A DNA stretch of 62,005 nucleotides from a virus. Lineage: Duplodnaviria > Caudoviricetes. Every line of letters starts with the position of its first letter. Position 1 is the stretch's first letter. The notes beneath the pieces were generated by a model. The model saw only the letters and a list, made by a program, of their open reading frames with translations, did no database searches and had not been told where the DNA came from. The position numbers and the translations under genes are program-made. Location: IMG/VR virus record IMGVR_UViG_3300025000_000103, positions 1-62,005 of that record. One strand, given 5' to 3'. This document shows, piece by piece, positions 28,528 to 38,639 of the stretch.

Positions 28528-28998
28528 TCATTTATCTCCTCTATCAGAGATTTCTTTCAGTAACGCCTGTTTATATCCTTCAATCCCTTCATCATGTGCG
28601 AACGCTCTTGCCGCTTCACCTATTTCCTGGGAGAACTCAGTGCCACCAAGAATATAGGCCGTCATGGTGATAAGATCAGCATAAGATGACCTGATGATAA
28701 AAGAGATATTGAATTTATCTTCATCATTATTTCTTTCTATTTTGTTGGCTATGTACCAATTCTGTATTGAAGAAATAACAATTGGGTTAAGCTCGTTAAA
28801 ATGCGCCATATAAAATTTGTTTCTCGGCAAATGAACAAGTGAAAGTTCAAACGCCGCGTTAACTTTTGAATCATCAATAGTCTTGTCTTTGTCGATAAGG
28901 TCATCCCAGACAGAAGAAATAGTTAATATCTGATCAATGAATAACCCGGCATCACGGTTATACTCAGCAAGCCTTCTTGTTATTTCGTTAAAGTCCAT
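28528..28998 (-). CDS. All-helical protein with a DDxxD motif (isoprenoid synthase/prenyltransferase-like)
   Basis: VWDDLIDKD; LP.N.FY; function inferred only. Confidence 0.5.
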   Translation of the reverse strand: MDFNEITRRLAEYNRDAGLFIDQILTISSVWDDLIDKDKTIDDSKVNAAFELSLVHLPRNKFYMAHFNELNPIVISSIQNWYIANKIERNNDEDKFNISFIIRSSYADLITMTAYILGGTEFSQEIGEAARAFAHDEGIEGYKQALLKEISDRGDK

Positions 28999-29197
28999 TC
29001 GCGTCCCTTGCCAGTTTGCATAAAGTAAATGCCATCATTTTTATAAGATTTTCTGTATCATCGCTTTTTTCTAAACACGCAATCGCATACACCCTAAATT
29101 CTTCTGGGGTCATCTTCAGTATTAAATTATAATCAACATCGTACTTTTCTTTTATCTTCAGTGATTCTAAAGTTGTATGTGTGATATCTACTTTCAT
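28988..29197 (-). CDS. Hypothetical protein
   Basis: Overlap-coupled ORF. Confidence 0.6.
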   Translation of the reverse strand: MKVDITHTTLESLKIKEKYDVDYNLILKMTPEEFRVYAIACLEKSDDTENLIKMMAFTLCKLARDANGL

Positions 29198-29589
29198 TTT
29201 AACACTGCATCTATTGCGGTTACGGTAAAAACCTTGTCAAGATATGGCACTGACTTAATGGTAATTTCATATACCCTTGCAAGATCAATAGTAAACTCAA
29301 AAACACCATCAGTCACAACCCATGATTGGCCGTTATCAACAATTACCGTTGATGGGTTATGGATATTTGATATTATAGCAGTGTCTGTAGAATCTGCTAA
29401 GATAGTTGTTTCATTTATAACGGCGTTGCTTTCAAGTCTCTCAACAGGCTTTCCGTCAGAGATATATGTTGTATTTCCGTCATATTCTCCTATTACATAT
29501 GGATCTGGTACTTCTCCTATAGAGTCGCCTGACTTACTCCATATGTATTTTATTTGGCCTGTTACTTCATCGTATGCGGTTATAACCAT
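29194..29589 (-). CDS. Tail-associated hypothetical protein
   Basis: Coupled to the tail gene; YDEVTGQI start seen in tail accessory proteins. Confidence 0.55.
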   Translation of the reverse strand: MVITAYDEVTGQIKYIWSKSGDSIGEVPDPYVIGEYDGNTTYISDGKPVERLESNAVINETTILADSTDTAIISNIHNPSTVIVDNGQSWVVTDGVFEFTIDLARVYEITIKSVPYLDKVFTVTAIDAVLK

Positions 29590-31967
29590 TACACTTTACC
29601 TGTAAATGCACATAAAACAGCATATGAAAACGTTCCTGTATTACCAGTTGGTATAGTTATCCATAATTTATACCATATATCACTTGTAGAGACTTCATCA
29701 TATTCAGTTATATCTATTTCGGCTGAACTTGTAAATGACCATGTTTTTAACAGTGTAGTCCCTCTGTAAAGCTTTATTTGCCCTGTGCTTGTAGACGAAG
29801 CTACGACATTTCCTAAAATTACAATAGTTCGTCCTGTCACAACAGATATAGTAGGGGTCATGCATATAGCTGTCGTACCTTGCCCGACGATTGTTGTGGT
29901 AGTCACCTTTACACTTGTAAACTCTGTTACGTTATTCGCTATAATATTACCTGTGGCTATAATACTTCCGCCAACAGATACGTCTGAGCCGTCCCATTTC
30001 AAATATTTTGATCCAGTACCGATGCTGAATTTATAGCCATCGGTATCATACCCCATATAAAATCCGGCAGTCGTATCCGCAAAAGAATCCTTACCGGAAG
30101 AATGGATACTCCCATAAGCACCGCAAGTTATATCTCCTGAAACAGTAAGAGCGCCTGTAGAAGTAGAAAGTGCTTCAAGAGAACTGACGCTTATTTTATC
30201 AGATGTTAATGACCCGTTCTCTATCCTCGCAACGGCGAGATATCCACTTGTTATTTTATCGGCTGCCAGACTGCCGATCTTGGCGCTTGTGATTGTGGCG
30301 TCTTTTATCATGGCAACATCCATGTAAACCACACCACTCTGAACTATGAACGGTATCTTAGCCGTTGTCTCGCTTACAACAATATTTGTGTATCCATCTG
30401 CTATCGTAGCAGGAGTAGCAGGGGTAATAGGCACTTGAAAGGTAAAAGTGTCTGGCCCTGTTACAGTAATCAATTTCACCCCGTTATATTCACCCTGCTC
30501 GGCCCCTGTGATAGCATGATACTCGCCGGTAAGAAAACTGTGCTCACTGCATGTTGCCGTGGCGGTTGTATCTACTCTGGTTATGCTTGAAATAATTTTC
30601 GGGGTAACAGGTGGATTGATAACGGCAACCCTGTCAGCCATTATATAGAACTCAGAGAAAGCAGTGGCGTTTCTCAGTTCAGAAGCAAGCCCAAACCCAG
30701 ACATAAAACCGTTATTATCTATTTTTACGGTGTATTGCGCCTCAACCCCATCAATTGAAGTGGCGTTTGCCTCGATAGCAGTTGTGTGGTCGCCTACGGT
30801 CGTTTGTATTGTGCTGATATCTGATGCCAGCGCCGCGTCCGCCGCAGTTCTTGCTGTTTCTTCGTCAGATACCGCCGCCGAGACATCGCCAATAGAAGCG
30901 GTCAATGTGACAATATCCTCAGCTAATGCCTCATCTTCAGATATCCTTGTGCTTATTTCCTCTGAAAGCGCAGCCGAAGAAGCGCCTGGAGAAGGGCGAC
31001 CAATTGCCACCCAATCTATCTCAAAATAATCCGTGGCGCTTTGATCGTCAGAAAGGTCAATTCTTATTTGGTCAACTTCCCCATCCCAGCCGGTATTGAA
31101 TGTCAAAACAGCTACATCGTTTGCGTCGTATGACGGTTCAGTTTCTGAGGAAGATCTTCCTGCATCCCACGTGGAATCTCCGGTATATTTCCACCATATT
31201 GTGCCATCCCATACAGGAGTCCCGGTTTTCCTTATTCTTAATTTAACTTGGCTGTAAGAGCTGCCGTCAATTGCTAGACTTCCAGGGGAAATAACATACG
31301 GATCGGTTGCATGGTCTGCCGGGATCAACCAGCCTCCTGATTCAGTCGGACTCCCGTTCCCTGTAAAGCTGTCCACGCCATCATCAAAATACCAGATGTT
31401 CACATAATCGAACTGTTCCCCGCCTGTTGAAATCAAATTTATTCTTTCATTCAACGATGCGGATAACTCGCTTTCTGTTATCTGGTTATACAGAACCTCA
31501 AGAATATAAGTCGGGTCAGTTGCCGTACTTGCTGATGTACCGGCAGAATCATTATAAGGCCCGGCGATAGAGTCGGTTGATACTGCCCTCACCCAATAAT
31601 AATAAGTGACCGCGCTTGATGTATTTGTTGGGATATCACAGTAAATCTTAGCTGTTGTCCAGCCAACCTTAACAGCGTTTCCGAGATCATCTGATGTGTA
31701 TCGCCATATCTCAAAACCTGCTATGCCTTCAGTGTCACCATGGTTCCATGTAAGGATAATGTAATTGAATGCCCCCGTAGCCACCAAAGTATCGGGGGCG
31801 CTTGGGGTTATTGTCTCTGAATTTCCCGAGGTAGTTGTGCCGGACGCAGTAGCATACCCAACAGGGATAGCCCCGCTGGAAACCCCATCAAGCCATAACG
31901 AGATGACGTTAATCGCCCTTTTAACATCCGGGTCGACTTTGCTTGATAATGCAGGTACTGAAGTCAT
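29589..31967 (-). CDS. Tail tip/host-specificity (J-like) protein
   Basis: FN3-like TYYYWVRAVS, coiled coil, YTVKIDNNG..GFGL..ADR, VYMD.AMIKDATITSAKIG. Confidence 0.75.
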   Translation of the reverse strand: MTSVPALSSKVDPDVKRAINVISLWLDGVSSGAIPVGYATASGTTTSGNSETITPSAPDTLVATGAFNYIILTWNHGDTEGIAGFEIWRYTSDDLGNAVKVGWTTAKIYCDIPTNTSSAVTYYYWVRAVSTDSIAGPYNDSAGTSASTATDPTYILEVLYNQITESELSASLNERINLISTGGEQFDYVNIWYFDDGVDSFTGNGSPTESGGWLIPADHATDPYVISPGSLAIDGSSYSQVKLRIRKTGTPVWDGTIWWKYTGDSTWDAGRSSSETEPSYDANDVAVLTFNTGWDGEVDQIRIDLSDDQSATDYFEIDWVAIGRPSPGASSAALSEEISTRISEDEALAEDIVTLTASIGDVSAAVSDEETARTAADAALASDISTIQTTVGDHTTAIEANATSIDGVEAQYTVKIDNNGFMSGFGLASELRNATAFSEFYIMADRVAVINPPVTPKIISSITRVDTTATATCSEHSFLTGEYHAITGAEQGEYNGVKLITVTGPDTFTFQVPITPATPATIADGYTNIVVSETTAKIPFIVQSGVVYMDVAMIKDATITSAKIGSLAADKITSGYLAVARIENGSLTSDKISVSSLEALSTSTGALTVSGDITCGAYGSIHSSGKDSFADTTAGFYMGYDTDGYKFSIGTGSKYLKWDGSDVSVGGSIIATGNIIANNVTEFTSVKVTTTTIVGQGTTAICMTPTISVVTGRTIVILGNVVASSTSTGQIKLYRGTTLLKTWSFTSSAEIDITEYDEVSTSDIWYKLWITIPTGNTGTFSYAVLCAFTGKV

Positions 31968-33544
31968 TACACTTCACTCCTTGAGTTCCCTATTGTGACA
32001 GATTTTACAATCTGACTTGAGATAATTTTATAATACCATGTGTCAGCCAGAAACCCGCTTGGCAACTTAAAAGCGTTCTTATCAGTAACTGTCTGAGTAT
32101 GTTTTAATACCCCATCAGCATAAATGTATAAGGTCAAATTGTATGCGGCGGCATTAACCCTGGCCCACCCGAAATTTATTTCTTTGTCAAGGATGAAGTC
32201 TTTCGACTCCCATGTCATTTCTTTATCGGTTCCTGCGTCAAACTTTTTTATCACCCCATCAATCACTAAATAAAGATAACCTGTGCCGTTATCTGTGTAG
32301 GTTGCGGTTGCGTAAATATCCATGGTGGATAGATCGCCGGTCTTTGTGTTGAATATCGACCCAGAACTTACAGCGCCAACCGTATTAAAATAGATATAGT
32401 TGTGTCCGTATTTAGCCCCGATAAATGTTGTTGGTGCCGCATATGCCACCCAATCACGCGGATCAATAACATTTTCTGTGATAAGCCCTGCCATCCCTGT
32501 GCCTACAGCTATCAACCCTGTTGATGCCGGGTATACAACAAAATTACCCATATCAACCGTACCGCGCTTACTCATGCAAGCTTGCCCCACTTCTGCCTGT
32601 TCTTTAAACATGGCACCAGGGTCATCACCTGTCAGAACATAGGGTTTTTCATTGCTTGTGGTGACTAATATTGAGTTCCCAAAAGCGCCGATGGATTCTA
32701 TATCACCGAAAAACGGTATCCTGTATCTTGCAGGCCAAGCATGCGGAAGATACGGAACTGAAATACATACTTCATTGCCTGTAAATCCTGCCAGACTTCC
32801 ATTAGCAAGAGTTATCAACCCTTTCAATGTTGAAGGTGGCGGATCGTATTCTGTTGAGGTTATCTCATCGCCAAGTGCCGAGTTGAGTTTCGTATCAACA
32901 TAGGTTGTGGTGGCTACTGCGATAGAAGCCACAAACTGATAAACCCCACTGTTTAGTCTATAAAGGTATTTATGGGTTATATTGTAGGCTCCAGTAGGCC
33001 CGGTGCTTGGAAGCCCAACCGTTACGGAATCACCGTCTGTTATATCGTGTAGTGCAGAGGCATCTGTTGGAGGCCCTTCTTCCCCGTATGCGCTTACATA
33101 GGTGTAGATATAGGCTCTTGACTGGATATTGTTTGCGCTGCCTGGTGCTCCATGGGTTATTGTTGGCGCAGCCGCAGGAGCAGGAACACCCAACTTGTAA
33201 TAGTTCATCGGGTAATCTGTCCCGCCAGACGTAGCGATGGAGCTTGTCGTCATGCGTGGCTCATCTTCGCCAGTCCAATAAGCTCTGTCGTAAGGATCAC
33301 TTGCCAGGGGAGAAGATACGCAATTGACATCATCAACCCAATGAAACCAATACGTCTCAAGATACAGCCATATTGTTTTTATCGTTCCGACTTTGGTCGG
33401 AGTCCAGACAGATGACGGAGTTTTCAAAGGACGCAATTCGCCGGAGGTCATTATGCAGTTCTTGGCCGTCTTTGCTGCCATTTCCGGCAACAAATGAGTG
33501 GCGTACTTTGGCGCTATTCCTGAAAATGGTCCACCGCGTATCAT
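31967..33544 (-). CDS. Tail nozzle/stabilisation protein
   Basis: FSGIAPK..LLP..A.NC, RAYIYTYVS.YGEEGPP, PYLPHAWP. Confidence 0.75.
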   Translation of the reverse strand: MIRGGPFSGIAPKYATHLLPEMAAKTAKNCIMTSGELRPLKTPSSVWTPTKVGTIKTIWLYLETYWFHWVDDVNCVSSPLASDPYDRAYWTGEDEPRMTTSSIATSGGTDYPMNYYKLGVPAPAAAPTITHGAPGSANNIQSRAYIYTYVSAYGEEGPPTDASALHDITDGDSVTVGLPSTGPTGAYNITHKYLYRLNSGVYQFVASIAVATTTYVDTKLNSALGDEITSTEYDPPPSTLKGLITLANGSLAGFTGNEVCISVPYLPHAWPARYRIPFFGDIESIGAFGNSILVTTSNEKPYVLTGDDPGAMFKEQAEVGQACMSKRGTVDMGNFVVYPASTGLIAVGTGMAGLITENVIDPRDWVAYAAPTTFIGAKYGHNYIYFNTVGAVSSGSIFNTKTGDLSTMDIYATATYTDNGTGYLYLVIDGVIKKFDAGTDKEMTWESKDFILDKEINFGWARVNAAAYNLTLYIYADGVLKHTQTVTDKNAFKLPSGFLADTWYYKIISSQIVKSVTIGNSRSEV

Positions 33545-34227
33545 TTCTCAGCTCCCATCAATGCGGTGAAAGCGCTAAAATGCATCGCTGCAAGACGGCT
33601 TTGATCGGGCGAATCAGTTTCTTTACTGAGCGCCCTGAACATAACAAATTCATAAATCGGGTTTGCATAAATATCATCCATGCTTATCACGTCGGTATTT
33701 GCCACGTCAGTCGGGTCTAATTTACCAACGGCAAGAGCGTGTTGTGATGGTACGGCTGAGTATAAAATCTCAACAACAGCCGCAGCGACTACAGGTGGCC
33801 CAGCAGCAGCGGTAGGGGCAGACGGGTACACATCGAAATATGTTTCTGTTCTGGCGTCCGGCATCCAGTATTTTATATTAACTGACGCCGTTGTTGATCG
33901 CCATTCAGGCAACAGGCTGTCAAGAGTTTTGCCGCTTATTGGTTTTATTGCGCCAAGATCGGATGTTGCGGCAACGTTTCGTTTAACGTCAAGAAGAGCT
34001 ATAGCAGATGGGAGGTTGATTGACCCTGCATCATGCAGGTTCTGCCGTACTCCAGCGGCAAGGGTGGCATTAGCGAATAAAGCATTCGCTGATGGTTTCA
34101 TTGCTACGATTTGCCGGTATGCGTCGTTTATCCAGTTCTGCAACTCAAGGCGCGGATACCTGACATTTACGCTCTGGAGGGTGTCTTCTGCCCTCTTTAC
34201 TATATCAACTACCTTGATTGTTGCCAT
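33541..34227 (-). CDS. Head-tail adaptor (DUF6682-like)
   Basis: ELQNWINDA, LDSLLPEW, FDVYP, FRALSK motifs; position. Confidence 0.7.
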   Translation of the reverse strand: MATIKVVDIVKRAEDTLQSVNVRYPRLELQNWINDAYRQIVAMKPSANALFANATLAAGVRQNLHDAGSINLPSAIALLDVKRNVAATSDLGAIKPISGKTLDSLLPEWRSTTASVNIKYWMPDARTETYFDVYPSAPTAAAGPPVVAAAVVEILYSAVPSQHALAVGKLDPTDVANTDVISMDDIYANPIYEFVMFRALSKETDSPDQSRLAAMHFSAFTALMGAEK

Positions 34228-34230
34228 TTT

Positions 34231-34860
34231 TTACAACCACAATTTATTGTTTCTCGGATGGTAAGTTCTATTTGAAATTACCCTTTCACATATATCTCCT
34301 ATGCTTTCTCTAACATTCGTGCCAACTGCTTCAACCCCTCCAATACTTACTATCAAAACAACCGCATCGGCGATCCTTGAATCAAACAACCCTTCCCACG
34401 GCAAGTCGTCATCAAGGTCTGAAAGAGTATCCGGCATTGAATAATAAAACCCTTTGAGGTTATAATCTTCTTCTGCAGCCGGGATGACCTGGAGATTGAA
34501 CGGACCGGCAAGTCGCCAATACAGCGGATAAGAGTCTTCAAGCGTCTCTTGCCCGTATTCCATCTCTGTGAGGTCGTAAATAACATCGTCACTGTCGATA
34601 AGTCTTACAGGACCGGCAAAACCCCTGAAATCGCTTGGAAGAGTATTGAATTCCCCATCGATTACAACGCCGTCTTCGGCAGGCGGGGTGTTCTCAACAT
34701 CATCAAAGTTGGCTCTTATGATATCTGACTTGCGCCTATGCAGCCGGTCAAAAAATATTTCAATTGACCTGTTTATGGCGTCAAGAATAGACACCCCCGA
34801 TGTATCAGGGAATTTTGCCAGCCTTGGCAAAACTATATCAAGCAGTTCGTTACCTGTCAT
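34231..34860 (-). CDS. Putative head-tail connector protein
   Basis: Position; adaptor-like pattern. Confidence 0.55.
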   Translation of the reverse strand: MTGNELLDIVLPRLAKFPDTSGVSILDAINRSIEIFFDRLHRRKSDIIRANFDDVENTPPAEDGVVIDGEFNTLPSDFRGFAGPVRLIDSDDVIYDLTEMEYGQETLEDSYPLYWRLAGPFNLQVIPAAEEDYNLKGFYYSMPDTLSDLDDDLPWEGLFDSRIADAVVLIVSIGGVEAVGTNVRESIGDICERVISNRTYHPRNNKLWL

Positions 34861-35258
34861 TGTGGCATACCAAACCTGTCAATCAGTTCAACAGCTCTTT
34901 CCTTCGCTGTTTCAATCTTCTTTATCGTGTGTGGCAGTTCCTGGTTGAAGTTTCTTTTGATGAAGTCTTTTATGGAGCCGAGTTCATTCATGTTTTCTAC
35001 ATGATCTCTTGCGTCCTGGTCTCTGATAATTTCCTCAGAGTTGTCTTCAACCTTCACTTCAATATCGCCTACCACTGGGGCATCAGACACAAGGGCATAA
35101 ACGTCTATATGAAGTTTAGCCATTTTCTGTGCCAGAGCAACCGGAACATTCTTTACCTGCCCTTTCAACCACAAGCCGGTATTGTAGATACAGTCTTTAA
35201 TCTCTGGCCGCCTGCCGATATATTCAACAGGTAGTTTTTCTATTTTATCGTCGTCCAT
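34857..35258 (-). CDS. Hypothetical head-module protein
   Basis: GAGG RBS; VEYIGRR..D.IYNTGLW. Confidence 0.6.
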   Translation of the reverse strand: MDDDKIEKLPVEYIGRRPEIKDCIYNTGLWLKGQVKNVPVALAQKMAKLHIDVYALVSDAPVVGDIEVKVEDNSEEIIRDQDARDHVENMNELGSIKDFIKRNFNQELPHTIKKIETAKERAVELIDRFGMPQ

Positions 35259-35313
35259 GTTGTCCTCTGAAATTCCGCGACATGAAACCATGCCGCGGAA
35301 TCATTGGTTATGA

Positions 35314-35799
35314 TTACAGTGCGCCTTTTGCGATTCCTTCCACCAGAAAATCAACGATACCGACTTCAGCCTGGGTATGCGCTGAGTGGGTCAGAACCAG
35401 ATAGGCATCTTTCGGCAGACGAAGCGGACGAACTGCCGTGTTGTTTGCCCTGGTGCGTCCTGCGGCATCAAGTGCCAATGCGGCGTAGAAATAATCCGCG
35501 TCCTGTGGAACTGTCGAGTCATCTTCACCATCGACATATGCAAAGCCAAGCGCACAGGTCGAGCTTGCGGTGAAGGCGTTGGACACAATACCTAAACAGT
35601 CCATAAGCTCAAAACCGCCAGGGAGAATGCCGAGTTTAACAGTATCGCCACTACCAAGGGCAGCGGTTGCGTCGCTGTTGGAAACGATACCGGCAGAGGT
35701 AGTCTGCATGGTAAACTCAAGGACGGTTTTATTGCCATAAGGCGCACCACCGTACATGAGGCTTTTTGCATCAATGCTTGTTTTTTTGTAGTCAGCCAT
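35314..35799 (-). CDS. Capsid decoration/cement protein candidate
   Basis: Immediately after the MCP; GDTVKLGILP.G jelly-roll-like pattern. Confidence 0.6.
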   Translation of the reverse strand: MADYKKTSIDAKSLMYGGAPYGNKTVLEFTMQTTSAGIVSNSDATAALGSGDTVKLGILPGGFELMDCLGIVSNAFTASSTCALGFAYVDGEDDSTVPQDADYFYAALALDAAGRTRANNTAVRPLRLPKDAYLVLTHSAHTQAEVGIVDFLVEGIAKGAL

Positions 35800-35820
35800 T
35801 TGTATTACTCCTTGAAATAA

Positions 35821-35838
35821 AGGGGCCTTGCGACCCCT
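35821..35838 (-). terminator. Hairpin after the major capsid gene
   Basis: Minus strand AGGGGTCGCAAGGCCCCT followed by TTATTT. Confidence 0.6.
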
Positions 35839-35844
35839 GGATTA

Positions 35845-37134
35845 TTAGACACCAGCCAGCCGAACAGCGGTATCAATTGCCATAACACCAAAGTCAGTCG
35901 GCAGATTACCGTCATCACCGTAATCGATGGTGAAGCGGATTTTACTCATACCGTGAATCATACCGATAAGCACTTCCAACTTGTCGCCGTGGTCAAGTTC
36001 CTTCTCTGACCAGAAATAAGGCACAGCAGATTGACGGGCCTTGCCAAATGCTTCAGCAAGCGCCTGGCCGCCAAGCAGCAGCGCTCTGTCAACAGCGTGT
36101 GTAGTCGAAAACGCAGCCGGGACCAGATCGGTGGTTGTCTCAGTTGTGCTGGTTGAAGTGGCACACCAATTGATCGCGTCACCTGCGTAGAACCTGATTG
36201 CTTTCGGCATCTTTACAATAAGAATACCATTCCACAAACCTGCCTCACCGAGGAACAGCGGGTTATCTTTTGCCATCCGTCCACGGGCCATAGCGTTTGA
36301 CTGCCATGTTCTGAACTGACCGTTTGAACTTTGCAGGATAGAAGTATACTGCTCAGAAGAAACAAGCAATACCCTCATAGGTGAATCCTGTGCCATCTGG
36401 TCTCCTTCAAATACAACAGGAGGCGGCGGCATATCCATGGAATCAAGTTTTGTGCGAAGCCCGTCAATGACATCGGAGTTCATTACATCTGAAGTCTGAA
36501 TCGTGATTTCGTTACCACTTGCCGCAACAGCCTCAATACCAGATCCGGTTGAAATGAAATGCCGGTTATTGGTAGGGGCCTTGACGGTGTTGACGCAGAT
36601 TGAAGAAAAGTCAGAGTCACTCGCCAACGGCACAACCCATTCTTTACCGCTCTGGAAACCACGAGCGCCGGCAAGGTGCACAAGGGCCAGCTGGTCAGAC
36701 AGCCTGGTCATGTAATTCTGCGCCTGTGCCCTTGCAAGAGACCGCATTTGATGCGGGGTACGCTGTTGGGTCATGCGCCCACCGGCAGAAATAGGTTTTC
36801 TTGTTTGGTTGATTCTGAGCGAATCCTGGCTAAAGCTCATGGTATCGCCCATGCCTTCAGCGTAGCTTTCACCCATAATCGGCTTTCCGCCAACCGGGTT
36901 AATGAGATCAAAGGTAATCTCATCGCCTGCTGTTTTGGTCAGATCCATACATCTGACAATCGGCATTTCGTTTTTAGACTGGAACCGCATGCGGTCTTCA
37001 GCCTGGGATTGTTTTGGGAGTGTCCCGGTAAGCCGGTTCAGCACCGTAGGCCGCTGCATACATACAGCAAACAGCCCGATTGATTGAAGTTTGACAGCCT
37101 GATCGCTGCCATATGCAATGGTTGTGAGTCCCAT
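35845..37134 (-). CDS. Major capsid protein (N4-gp56/DUF4043 type)
   Basis: DLTKTAGDEITFDL, HLAGARG, NPLF.GEAGLWNGIL, TDFGVMAIDTAV. Confidence 0.9.
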   Translation of the reverse strand: MGLTTIAYGSDQAVKLQSIGLFAVCMQRPTVLNRLTGTLPKQSQAEDRMRFQSKNEMPIVRCMDLTKTAGDEITFDLINPVGGKPIMGESYAEGMGDTMSFSQDSLRINQTRKPISAGGRMTQQRTPHQMRSLARAQAQNYMTRLSDQLALVHLAGARGFQSGKEWVVPLASDSDFSSICVNTVKAPTNNRHFISTGSGIEAVAASGNEITIQTSDVMNSDVIDGLRTKLDSMDMPPPPVVFEGDQMAQDSPMRVLLVSSEQYTSILQSSNGQFRTWQSNAMARGRMAKDNPLFLGEAGLWNGILIVKMPKAIRFYAGDAINWCATSTSTTETTTDLVPAAFSTTHAVDRALLLGGQALAEAFGKARQSAVPYFWSEKELDHGDKLEVLIGMIHGMSKIRFTIDYGDDGNLPTDFGVMAIDTAVRLAGV

Positions 37135-37143
37135 ATTATTCTC

Positions 37144-38139
37144 CTATACAAGTCTACTGAGCATTTCCTCTATTTTGTCAGGGTTAAGGCTCAGAAATTT
37201 ATCCATTGTTGCTGTAGTTGACATATTTGCCAACGCATCTGCTTCGTCGTGATGTGCTGCTGCACTGCCAGGCACGTCTGATAGAGAAAATGGCGGCGTT
37301 TCTTTGGTCTTTGAGATTACATCTTCAGCCTTTTTCTTGATGTCTTCAGCGCTTTCCTTTTTGACATCTTCAACAACAGGCTTCTTACCAAGAGCGCCTT
37401 GCATCGTTTCGATTGCTGCCGTAACCATTTCTTTCGCTTTTGTGAGAATATCACTATGCGCGAGACTTTGGTTATCCCTTGCAACAATCTTAACCGCACC
37501 GTCCAAATAATCGTAAAGTGCCGGTGTTTCTTTAAAGACTTGGTTTTCAGGGGCCTTAAAGAAATCGTCCTGCGCCTTTATCCATGAGTTCCTGTCTGCT
37601 TCGATAGCCTGTTGTTCGCTTTGCGCGACTTTTTGCTTGACCGGCTCTATCTCTTTGACAATCTCTTCCTTGAAAGACTTGATACCAACAGCAACTCCCT
37701 GTTTTATCATGCTTTCAAGGTACGGCTTGATATCCTGCATAAATTCCGGGAATTCTCCGGCGTACTCTTCAAGAACTTTTTCCTGTTCTTTCGTGTCCCC
37801 GGTTCCGGCGTCAGCAGCCTTCGCCGCTTTCAGGTCAGCAATAAGCTGATCCTTACTTTTAAGTGATTCCTCAAGCTCCTTGGCCCTTAAGTCAGCAGCT
37901 CTTTCCCGCTCTCTTGCCCTCTCAAGCTCAGAATACGGAATAGTGTTTTTACTGTCTTTTGCCAGGATAACAGGCTCTTCTTTTTCTTCAGGCTCCGGTT
38001 CCTTGCCGCTGAGGTCTGGCGAATCCTCAGTTTTCTTATCGCCATCAGGATAGTCGATCCCATGCAGGAATACTCTGGCCTGTTCTTCGTCACTCAGGCT
38101 CAACATTTCTTCGGTGCTCATTTCTTCTATCGTTTTCAT
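37144..38139 (-). CDS. Capsid scaffolding protein
   Basis: Acidic coiled coil before the MCP; TIPYSEL, PFSLSDVPG. Confidence 0.75.
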   Translation of the reverse strand: MKTIEEMSTEEMLSLSDEEQARVFLHGIDYPDGDKKTEDSPDLSGKEPEPEEKEEPVILAKDSKNTIPYSELERARERERAADLRAKELEESLKSKDQLIADLKAAKAADAGTGDTKEQEKVLEEYAGEFPEFMQDIKPYLESMIKQGVAVGIKSFKEEIVKEIEPVKQKVAQSEQQAIEADRNSWIKAQDDFFKAPENQVFKETPALYDYLDGAVKIVARDNQSLAHSDILTKAKEMVTAAIETMQGALGKKPVVEDVKKESAEDIKKKAEDVISKTKETPPFSLSDVPGSAAAHHDEADALANMSTTATMDKFLSLNPDKIEEMLSRLV

Positions 38140-38183
38140 ACTGCCTTTCTCCTTGCCCTTGTCGCCGGGCCGCGTATAGGAGG

Positions 38184-38639
38184 TTAAGCCGGATTACCCG
38201 GTTTAATTCTTCGTGCGGGGACACCCGCCCATATTTCGTTTTCTGGAACAGATTTTGTTACAACCGCGCCTGCCCCGATTATTGCCTTATTACCAATTGT
38301 CACACCGGGCATGATGATTGCACCTGTGCCTATCATTGCATCCTTGCCAACATAAATTGGTGCCCAATCGCCACGTTCTCTTGGCGGGAATTCATGCGTG
38401 AAATGTACGTTTGGCCCTATTCTTGCCCTATGGTCTATTGTCACTCCCTGGGGAATAAACGAATATGCGCCTATAGAGACTTGATGGCCTATTGATGCTC
38501 CTGATATTTCAACATATGACCCTATGTTGCAATCGTGCCCGATATGAGTTTCATTGTAAATGTTGCAAAAATGGTGAATCACAGTACCTGACATGATCAC
38601 ACAATCATCGCTTATCAATGAAGTCTTACAGGCTTTCAT
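38184..38639 (-). CDS. Hexapeptide-repeat (left-handed beta-helix) acetyltransferase
   Basis: IGHDCNIGSY, IGAYSFIPQGVTI, IGAGAVVTKSVP..WAGVPAR. Confidence 0.9.
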   Translation of the reverse strand: MKACKTSLISDDCVIMSGTVIHHFCNIYNETHIGHDCNIGSYVEISGASIGHQVSIGAYSFIPQGVTIDHRARIGPNVHFTHEFPPRERGDWAPIYVGKDAMIGTGAIIMPGVTIGNKAIIGAGAVVTKSVPENEIWAGVPARRIKPGNPA

